Part shown: positions 12,492 to 21,751 of the stretch, piece by piece
Numbering within the stretch: position 1 is the first letter of the stretch
Layout of the letters: each line of letters begins with the position of its first letter
Translations under genes and position numbers: made by a program
Origin: Neodothiora populina
Taxonomy: Eukaryota
Reading direction: 5' to 3'
DNA length: 64,000 nt
Assembly (NCBI RefSeq): GCF_041146345.1
Contig: NW_027191404.1
Coordinates: 186,001-250,000 of the forward strand
Notes under the pieces: generated by a model
Seen by the model: only the letters and a program-made list of their open reading frames with translations
What the model was told of the DNA's origin: nothing
The model's database searches: none

Positions 12492-13699
12492 GGTCGGCCG
12501 TCTTCTGTCGCACCATGTCAGGGTGATTGCTGACATGGGGTTTTCTTCCTGTTCTGCATCTTGGTCTTTCCACTGTTCGAAGAGGAGAGTGGCGGCGGTC
12601 AGTCATCCCCTTTTGCAACATCACCATCTTCCGGTTACTGCAGGCCAATGCGTTCCTTTTTTCACAAGAACCTAGGCTTGCGGTAAATGAAGACCGGAAT
12701 GAATAGTTGAGCGAGGATTGGCGTGGCCACAGTGAGCTTCCCACTCTTTGTCTCTGCAGTCTCGCGTTTTTGTTCTTGCTGTTTCTTGTCGTTTTGCATT
12801 TACATTGTCGGTGTGTTCCTTCTGCTGTTCAGAATATGCTTTATCTTTGATTTGGACTAGTATAAAACAACCCCTTTCCGCTCTTGCGAATGTGTGCTTT
12901 GGCCCGTCTTCTCCGCCCTCGCCCCCCTTTTTGACCCTCCCCTGCTCGCATGTCGGCCTCTCCTCCCTTCTTACTACACATGTCCCGTCCCTCCTACTCA
13001 TTACTACCATCACCACACCGCTTGATAGAGATTGAAAAACCTACATATATATACACATAACGCAGCCATCTTTCATGACCGAGGGATTCATTGAATAAAC
13101 TCATTTATCCCACTTCTGGTCTCTTTCAGATCGCATGGCTGAGGTGGTCGGTCGTGCATAGCATAGATAGTTGCTCCCTGCTTTTAGGAAGTAAGGTGAG
13201 GAGCTGGCTACTTGGTGAGAACTGTACCCTTGTAGAGTCGGATGACCGTCATGATCTCAATGAAGAGACAGTGCGCAGAGCATAGTACAGTATAGTAATA
13301 TGACTTACTTACATGTGACTTACTGTAGGTCATTTTGAACCTCTTACGGTGAACAAAGGATTAAAATGACCAAAGTCGTATGTACCTGACTGTAGGGAAG
13401 GAGTATTTCTTGGCGTACAGTGTTGTACGTGAGAGAAGCTTGCTTAGTAACTCCTCAAGCCGAGAATTCTCCTGGTGAGGTCTCAGACAACAGAATTCTA
13501 CTACCGGAGATAAGGTAAGCGGCGGTTTCATCATCACGACCTCACTTGTCAGTCGACGACTATTCCCATAGTCTTGTGACTACAAATTGTCAATGCTCTC
13601 AATCAATCTCAAGTCTAACATGTCTAAGCGCCAGAACTCCCGATCATGGGGTCGAAGATCAGGTCTTCACCCTTCCTGCAATCCAAAGCCGATTCGCAA

Positions 13700-13738
13700 A
13701 TCGAAAATGCAGATCGAAAATGCAGATCGAGAACGCAG
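13700..13738 (+). repeat. 13-bp tandem repeat x3 (ATCGAAAATGCAG)
   Basis: atcgaaaatgcag atcgaaaatgcag atcgagaacgcag, just upstream of the retropepsin-like ORF. Confidence 0.85.
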
Positions 13739-13763
13739 CTGACTCACAATCAGGGGGAGACGA

Positions 13764-14198
13764 ATGTCGAAGAGAGAGGAAAGTCACGCTTTCCAGCAAC
13801 ACGTTCTTGTGGACGGTGGATCCAGCATCAGTCTGATGCCGTACGACATTGCGAAGCACCTTAACCTGGAGTTGCACAACCCGCAGACTATCTGCATGAT
13901 CACTACAGCTAACGGTGATCGTGCCATCTTAAGGTAGTATGTAGAATTCTACTCTGAATCAGGAGGGCTCGCTGTTTGGGTCAGGGCATGGGTCCTGCAG
14001 AAGAAGGGAGCCTTCACCCTGTTGTTGGGTCGCGACTATCTGGTGAATGCAGGCGCAGTCGAGGACTACGCTCAGGAAAGGGTGACGATCTTTGACGATC
14101 AGGACAACCGTTACGTCATTCCTCGCATGAACGAGGCCAAAGTTTCCCAGGATCCGATGAACCCGATGAGCCCTGCGACTACTCAGGCCCAGGCATGA
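13764..14198 (+). pseudogene. Retropepsin-like (retroviral/Ty3-type) aspartic protease ORF with one in-frame TAG (13935-13937)
   Basis: Manual translation: MSKREESHAFQQHVLVDGGSSISLMPYDIAKHLNLELHNPQTICMITTANGDRAILR*YVEFYSESGGLAVWVRAWVLQKKGAFTLLLGRDYLVNAGAVEDYAQERVTIFDDQDNRYVIP... It has the catalytic LVDGGS, flap TANG and LLLGRDYL motifs. The true 5' end is uncertain (possible upstream intron with donor GTAAGC at 13515). Confidence 0.8.
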
Positions 14199-15324
14199 GG
14201 TCTTACAATCCGGTGATCTCAGTGATATGTGATGTTGGGATGTGAGGCGCCGCGATCAGTCACAGGTGTATATCTATCTTGGGGATATCTGTGAGATATC
14301 CCAGGGTTTCTTCGCGTGCCTGCATGCTCTGCCTGGCTACGCTGGGCCTGTATAGCGTCGCTAGGGTCACGTATAGTAGGAGGCTGCCTGCTTGATGCTG
14401 TTGATGGCTCGAGTACTCGGTATTTCCTCTTCTGTTCCGTATTTGTCGTCCATCCTCTTTGTTATCTGATGCTATATTCGCTTCATGCTCACTAGCCCTG
14501 CGCATCTGAGGTTCCAGTCCCGCAGCTTAGACCATCTTGCTATGTTACAGAAGATACAGACATGCGGCGCCTTCACGAAGATATAAAGCCGTAATAGAGA
14601 AGTTTGAGATAGGTGAGAGCCCGGTTCTCGTTCGCGGCGGTCGTTGCCCTGTTCTTGTCCTTGCGTTCGTCTGTCGTCGTCTTCGTAGTCTTCGTTGTCG
14701 TCCTGGTGGTCTTCGTCGTCGCCGTCTGAGGCTTTGCCTTAACTTTGCTCTTAGCTGTTAGCTTTGTTACTGATGGTCCACAGATGCTTGTGCTAGTGGC
14801 TCGATTTCGCGACTTCCTTATTAACAACATTAGAGGCAGCAGTTCGAACCTAGATCTAGTAGGTGACGGTTGTGAGATTACTTCATAGTCGGAAATAGTG
14901 GAGATTACAAGTCTTAGCTCACTTCCAAGCAAGAATAATAATGCAGCATGATAGGAAGCGCTAGGTACTAGGTTTCTAAGATTATACGACGACACACTCT
15001 ACACTCACCAAGATAGACATAACAGTAGAAGACACAGAATACTCAGGAGTTTATGTTGTTTTATATTTGCAGAACGCATGATCAACCTCTATATGTTGCG
15101 CCAGAACAAAAGAACATTCCGTGCGACAGAGAAACACAAACAGCAATCAGAGACCAAGGGACTTACAGCAAAAGCGGAAAGATAGGGCGTGAAACCAGTC
15201 ACTAGCCCTAGTAATCCTCTGACTTCAAGACAAAAAATGCAACTTGCAAAATACGTGACCCCAAAATCCCACAAATAACAGCACAGTAAGGAACTCGACT
15301 CACCCCAGTCACTAAACCCCTCCC

Positions 15325-16062
15325 TCAGACGTCCATACCGTTATAGACATCCATTGGATCATAGTCCCGACCATAGCGGAACCAGTCCGCATAGATGCCA
15401 AACTTGACCTCAGTAACCCTGTGTCTGAACTCGTCAAAGTCAGCATCAAGATTATTAGTCAATCCCATGACATTCCCGTACAGCTCAGCAAGCTGCAATC
15501 TCCACTCGACAAGCCAATTGCGATGAGCCACATACTGTCTGAAATCGCCACCAATCAACGACTCCGAACTCTCGCTCTGCTGGCGCAGCTCCTCGGTCAA
15601 CTCGGCCGCGACCTCGATGCGCTCGGCCAGCGCGCGCGCCTTCTCCATCTGCTGACGCAGCGACTCGATGCGCGTCTGCACCTCGATCAGCATTTGCTCG
15701 ATCGTCTGCCACTCGGGAGAATTGGGAGATACCCAATTCTGCATGTCGACGAGCTGAGGGAAGACCGTCTCGGTGAAGTCTTGCACGCAGTTGAAGCGTT
15801 GCGCGATGGACGCGTAGAGGTGGCCGTCGGGAGTGCTTTCGTTGAGCGTCATGGTCGCTTCCGCGTATGGGTAGAGGACATACGAGTCGTCGTAGGGAGG
15901 AGGGTCTTCGTAGTCGTCGGCGTCGTCGGACGCGTGCGGCTTGTCGGTGATGTCGAGGATGATGGGCAAGTAGCCGGTCGTTCCCTCGACTTCGTCTTCA
16001 TGATCACGAAGAGTGACTGCCGACTCGTCAGGGACGATGCTGTCGCTGCTGTTAGTGGACAT
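15325..16062 (-). CDS. Orphan 245-aa protein: acidic N-terminus with PPPY motif, then a helical/coiled-coil domain
   Basis: GC-rich coding-like ORF in AT-richer flanks, with TATAAATA ~100 bp upstream. Heptad-like segment IEQMLIEVQTRIESLRQQMEKARALAERIEVAAELTEELRQ. Confidence 0.7.
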   Translation of the reverse strand: MSTNSSDSIVPDESAVTLRDHEDEVEGTTGYLPIILDITDKPHASDDADDYEDPPPYDDSYVLYPYAEATMTLNESTPDGHLYASIAQRFNCVQDFTETVFPQLVDMQNWVSPNSPEWQTIEQMLIEVQTRIESLRQQMEKARALAERIEVAAELTEELRQQSESSESLIGGDFRQYVAHRNWLVEWRLQLAELYGNVMGLTNNLDADFDEFRHRVTEVKFGIYADWFRYGRDYDPMDVYNGMDV

Positions 16063-16162
16063 GATAGGGGTGGGGGATACTTACCTGGTATCCTGATGGT
16101 CGCTGCTGTTGCTGTTAGTAGGTCAAGGGAAGAGTGACAGGTATATACGATCATAATGGGTC

Positions 16163-16170
16163 TATTTATA
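16163..16170 (-). promoter_or_regulatory. TATA box (TATAAATA) of the 245-aa orphan gene
   Basis: Consensus TATA ~100 nt upstream of the ATG at 16062. Confidence 0.55.
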
Positions 16171-16745
16171 TACGCTGGTAGGAAGTAAGTGAGCGGATAT
16201 GAACAATGGGAATAGACAATGGCGAGACTGTCAAAGAACTATCACACAGAATCATTGAGATGAAAGACAGTACGACAAAGGTACCGGACAAAGGACAGGA
16301 CAGCGCACAAGTCAGAGAGAGACAGCAGGGAATACAAGGAGTAAGACAAGCGCGAGACAGAAGTTACAAAGAGAAGACAAATTCCTGAAAGAGAATGAAT
16401 CCTCAACTCACAGTGACCAAGAATATGATTAATCACCACTAAGGACAAAGCCACTGATGACAGTCTCGAGTGTAGTCAGTGAGATTCTACATCTACATAG
16501 TTCTTTGTCCTAAAATAAAAGATAATTATGGCCGGAATTTACTTACAAAGAACAACGTCTGGAACACTGGAATTCTAAAGGAAAGAACTGAAATTGAAAG
16601 GAACTCTGAAAATGTTTGAAGGCAGATATCGCGAAACGCCTAAAGGCTCAGCTCGACCAGCGTGCTTCAAACCAGACAGATCCAACGCCGCAGTACTTAG
16701 CCCCAATCCAAACAAAAAAACCAGAAAGAAAAAAAACCCCCCAAT

Positions 16746-17192
16746 TCAACGCCGCCGGATCTCAGGCATCGTCTCCAACCTCTGCTCAAGCCTGTGCACA
16801 AGCCTATCCGCCACCCGGCGATAATAAACAGCCACAGAAGCCAATTGCACATACTCACCGAGCGCCTTGACCGCCTCTCTGTACTCGCACATGATATTCG
16901 ACCTCCTGAGCCTCGCATGGACAAACAGCTCTTCCTGCACATCTCCTGGATTGGCAATCGCTTCGCGCAGGATCGCGGTGTCGAAGAGCGCAATGCTGAG
17001 ATTGGATAGCCGGTGCAGGTAGTGCATGTCTAGTGCGTCGTGGGGATGGATGCGGCGCGCGTGAGCCCAGATTTGGTCGCGGGTGGGGTGGTCATCGATG
17101 GTGCTGGTTGTTGAGAGGAGGTCGTGCTTGATGATTGACTCCAGGTCCACTAGGTGGTGTATTAGCGGGACGATGGGGGTCAGATCAAGCAT
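16746..17192 (-). CDS. Orphan 148-aa helical protein
   Basis: MLDLTPIVPLIHHLVDLESIIKHDLL...LEQRLETMPEIRRR, with TATATAA at 17273-17279 upstream. The ORF-track extension to 17453 runs through the T-rich promoter. Confidence 0.6.
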   Translation of the reverse strand: MLDLTPIVPLIHHLVDLESIIKHDLLSTTSTIDDHPTRDQIWAHARRIHPHDALDMHYLHRLSNLSIALFDTAILREAIANPGDVQEELFVHARLRRSNIMCEYREAVKALGEYVQLASVAVYYRRVADRLVHRLEQRLETMPEIRRR

Positions 17193-17939
17193 GGCATGGG
17201 TTTGGGAACTTACCTTGTTGCGTTGCGGTCTGAGTGTAGAAGAATTCCGAGAACGAGTCGGGTCTTGGGTTATTATATACGGCTGCTGCGAGGTCTGGAC
17301 AAAGGCGCGAAGGTGAGCACTTTGCACAAAGGAATGACGAGAAGAAAGAAAGAAAGAAAGAGACAACGATACGAACCGAAATGAGACGATGGAAGATAGA
17401 GAAAGAGAAACGCGAACAAAGGAAGATGGATAATGGTTCATTGTGTAATGCAAAAGAGAGGTATTTCCTGAGCATGGGCCAGTGGTTTCACTTAAGCCAT
17501 AATGCTTGATATAGACTCAGAGAAGGGAAGTTGACAAAATGCGCTGGGACGAGTCGTGGTAGATGGCCACAGTACTTGGTCTAGCGATACTCGAATTCAT
17601 CTTTTTATGAAGGAGAAGAATTTTTCTACAAGGAAAGACATATAATGAATGTTTTGCAAATTTTATGAGTTCGATACTGATACCTAAACTCCGTGGATGC
17701 AAGACTACATAGTGACCGAAAGGTCTCCAGACAAGTATGTATGCCTAGTAATAGATCGTGCCAGTACTGTGGGCTGCTCTAAATCCAGACAAATCCCGTG
17801 ATTGACTATGTTAAATGGCAATCTGATTGATCATACACAAACCTTACAGGCGAGAACATGCCTCTCACAGATTGCTGAGGTTGGATAGCGACCTGATGGG
17901 CTTCCCTACACGGACGCTCACCGCTGTGAGAGTGTCAGT

Positions 17940-18326
17940 CTAATCGACCTTCTCCAACTCATCGAGAAGCTTACTGTAGTAGGTACTCATGACAGACAAC
18001 TCCATGCTTGGAAGAGCGCGAAAGACCTCGTTGAATTCTTCCTCAGCCTCCTGCATGAATCTCTGCGAATCGCCTTGGTAACGGGTACCAATGGCGTGCT
18101 GGTACTGGATGCGGTACGAGTAGTAGCGACTGACGAGAAGAGCAGCACGCGCGATACGCTTGAGATTAGCCAATTCGTCGACGACGTCTTGAGGAACGCC
18201 TGCACGCGAGACAGCCCATTCAATGGGGTCTTCGAAAGGCGCTTCCATGCGGTAGGCGTAGCGGTTCTTCATTCCCAGGACCCTGCGGAAGAGATGCCAT
18301 ACGGCTTCGACGTGGGTGATAGACAT
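17940..18326 (-). CDS. Orphan 128-aa helical protein
   Basis: MSITHVEAVWHLFRRVLGMKNRYAYRMEAPFEDPIEWAVSRAGVPQDVVDELANLKRIARAALL...; coding-like composition with TATAAATA at 18415-18422. Confidence 0.65.
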   Translation of the reverse strand: MSITHVEAVWHLFRRVLGMKNRYAYRMEAPFEDPIEWAVSRAGVPQDVVDELANLKRIARAALLVSRYYSYRIQYQHAIGTRYQGDSQRFMQEAEEEFNEVFRALPSMELSVMSTYYSKLLDELEKVD

Positions 18327-18414
18327 CTTCGATTGGGTATGATCTCGCTTGTGTAAGCCTTGGGTTTTGCGGTAGTGAGAAGGAGAAGACTAAAGTATGA
18401 CTGCATGATAGGAG

Positions 18415-18422
18415 TATTTATA
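18415..18422 (-). promoter_or_regulatory. TATA box (TATAAATA) of the 128-aa orphan gene
   Basis: Consensus TATA ~90 nt upstream of the ATG at 18326. Confidence 0.55.
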
Positions 18423-21400
18423 GACTGGACTCCTCGAGTGGGACAAAGCATCGCATACTGCCTTTGTGACCATTGACTAACATTCATCACTTTGTTAGGT
18501 TGGAACAATGACCTGGCTCTTTGTTCTTACTTCAGACAGTATTAGTGGACTCGACAGCCTTATTAGCTCTTGCAAATGTGACTGATGTGATAGTGATAAT
18601 CTACGGATGTTTAAGAAATATCATGATCATAAGGAAAAATGGGGTAGTAGATGTTCATAGAGAAAGAACGTCGCCTAATATTTCGCTACTTGTCTAGACG
18701 CCAGTGTCTATATACTGTAGCTATCGCTATGAGCACTGGCTGTGGTAGGGTCTAGCCTTGGATTACCTGAATACAAATGCTCAGACCACTGTATGGATTA
18801 ATTTCGAGTCCGTAGAAGAAAAGGCCTAGATCTCCTAAGAAGCAAAGGTGGAAGTTCATCGGCCAGAGTGTATACACCGTTCTGATCGTTGATGCACCTT
18901 GCTCTCTAGACTGATGGCTGTAATCGGTGATGATGAAATTGCTCATAGGGCTTACCTTTGTGCTTAAGAGATGTTGACTCGTACCAAGGGTGCTTATTGC
19001 TTTCTAATCGAGAGGCAAGAAATCGATAATCTCTATCATACTCTTATGGAATAAGTCAGCATCGTCTACGTCCTTTTGTTTCTGGTATTTAAGAACCATA
19101 CTAATGAAGTGAACAAAGCTTGCATAGCAGAGCAGAGTCAGTGTCGCAAGCTCGATAAGGGTACTGGATCCGTAGGCATACATTATTGTCGGGTCTTGGA
19201 GCCTTTTTAGGTTCTTAGACGGTAATTATGGTGAAAATAAGGATTAAGGTGAGGTTATAAAGTGAAGGCAGAGACTTATCGTACAATTTATGTCTGTGTT
19301 TCGATTATTCGGATGATCTTCCCTTTGTTCTATCGACCTCTTTATCAATCAGACAAGTCAGTCGATTTGTAGTACCGACCATTTCTTTTCACAGGCTTAT
19401 TATTAAGACTCAGGTCCGGACACGAGTTTCTTATGTTGCGGCTGTTCTTTGTCCTAAACAAAGCAGCCTGCGCAACCTTTATTATTGAAAGGCAACATCT
19501 CGAGCTGTTTCTTATGCATAACTGCAGAAAACTTCGCGACTAGAAGCAACATAGAGACTCCCGTTAGAAAATTAGACAGTAAAATAGATAGTCGCTTATA
19601 TGATTCACTCCCCGTCAGTTTTTAATAAGGAAGTCGTTCAGCCTAGGGTTGTAGCATGATTATCTCTTATGCTGGAAAGATTGCATGCTAAGTATTACTC
19701 TTTTGTTCGGATCTTGGGTTATTGCGGAGACAAGAGAATTACTACAAGCATAATTATTAACGCTGGTAATTGCACAACAAAGAACTTGTCCTGTAGTAGA
19801 AAGTCTCGAAGCCTGGTCGTAAAAGCTCAGGTTACTATAGACCGTCTTTATAATGTCTCTGATGTCTTCAACAAACTGTATACAGCAGATATGGGGGGAC
19901 CTTTTGATAGAAGATACTATGACACAATCCCGAGATGGGAGATGTCGTGGGCTTATCATGAGGCATGATGAAGGAAGAATACGGAGTTATGGTCTGCATA
20001 CAGTAAGGTAAGGTACAGTACCTTAGGTACCGATAAGCTGCGTTGTGGTCCGCACGCTATCAGACATGGTTGCCTATTTCCATGGTAAACTACATAAAAG
20101 CTCGTAACCCGCCGCGTCTAGCATGCTATTCTAGGTCTGCACGTATGTTCGTAACCCTGTCTACGCCCCAACCAAGTATCACTCGGGCTTATTGCGAGTA
20201 TTGGTGTGCCGCACCTTAATTGAAGAAGTGCAATACATGCACACTTAAACGAGGTTGATAGCCTGAGATCGTGTGATATTGTCCACGATCATCAGCTAAT
20301 AATCATAGTTAACGGCTATGCTGTCGACTTCACGACAGGAGCGGACTGTACTCACATGAAGGAGAGCCGATTTTAGTACACCAAGACCGGAAGTTCAACA
20401 CAAGTCTCGACGACGTACTATGCCTCTGTCACACGTGGTAGCTCAAAGATCTTGTGGCCGCGCACGGGCTTTCGTACACCTTCGCTTGGTCCTTTTCTCC
20501 ACATCTTTCAGATCAGTTTCTGACGATAAGCACCATGGGGACTTCTCAGGGCAGACTTGAGCGTAAGACTTCGCCTTGTCTTTCCAGCGTGAACTGTTGA
20601 TCGCGCGCTTGTTAATTTCTCACTCGCATTATCTGACCCACCCGAAGACCGCCCTATCTCAGGCACATGCCATATATGGCGAGTATGCCGCTGAGTCTGC
20701 CCCCAGTTCTTGTAGTCTGGCCAGATCTCGAGTCGAGTCAAGGTAGCGACCAACCAATCAGACACCGAGATTAGCAGTAGTCTCAACAAAAGAGCTACGG
20801 ATCACCATATCAATGCAACAACGAGTAGTCGAACAATGCCCCAAAGCTAAGGAAGCCAAGGAAGCCAATTCTGCGAGCCAAGAGCAGGACTATCTCTAAA
20901 TCTTGCAGTTCAATGCTTCCGAAGCGAGACTTCGGGTTACGAATCCAAGACAGCCTGTTCAAATGGCTCCCGATGTAACATGATTTGATCTCCCAGCTCT
21001 AATGTAGCACTGATATCGGTTATTCGCGACGTCGCAATGTGTCGCTGGCACAGACTGATAGGAAAAACACTTGCCAATGGCGAGTGAATATCCCGAATGA
21101 TGAACCCCGCCCCATTTGGCAGCATCTGGATTACACGATAGTCAATATCGATGGCACCATTGTGTCGAAACTGCATCTCCCGATCACCGCGTACGCAACG
21201 ATCCAAGACTGAATGTCGGTCCACGCTCGACGGTATCTGGAATAATCGAAGCTACTGCAACACACTCGGGCAACCTCAACGAGGTTTACTCGCGACGAAA
21301 CGGCTATCTGTGGCAATGGGACTTGGTGAGCCGTTAATCTTAATCAATTTTGACGAAAGTCTACTGCGGAGGATAAATCGAGAAGCTGCAACGCTAGTCC

Positions 21401-21751
21401 AACCTTACTCCAGCCATCGTATGCTCCCTGGATATATACCTTCCTTGTTCGGCTTTGTAAAGATGATATAACAAAACCGTCTGATACGATTTCTCCTGCA
21501 TCTGAGTGGTATCTGAGATGGTGACAGTCCAAGTGACTCTCTGCCCAGCATGTGATTACCCGACGGCAAGTAGACTATACTCTCACTCATTCTTATCTCT
21601 GGCCTTAAGGGAAGATACGAGCTTCCGCATGGTTGATCTGCATCTTCTGGACAGTCTAAAAGGTGTAGTATGGGTCCTATAAAAGAGACGACTAGTCCAG
21701 CCTGAAACCATCCAGGCACTTGCAATTCCTCCTTGTCTACTGCCAGTCGCC

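Noticed and set aside
14573..14995. 140-aa Thr/Lys-rich minus-strand ORF
   Set aside because: Non-ATG start, and low-complexity ACG/GAC repeats keep the frame open; no recognisable domain.
15421..16137. 238-aa plus-strand ORF
   Set aside because: Antisense shadow of the GC-rich 245-aa gene.
17257..19200. Shared 12-mer CCAAGACCCGAC upstream of two orphan ORFs
   Set aside because: 12-mer matches are expected by chance in 64 kb.
13300..20000. Intact LTR retrotransposon around the protease
   Set aside because: No RT (YxDD), RNase H, integrase or paired LTRs recognisable.
20500..21500. Short overlapping ORFs upstream of the OPT gene
   Set aside because: No coherent frame, splice model or motif found.
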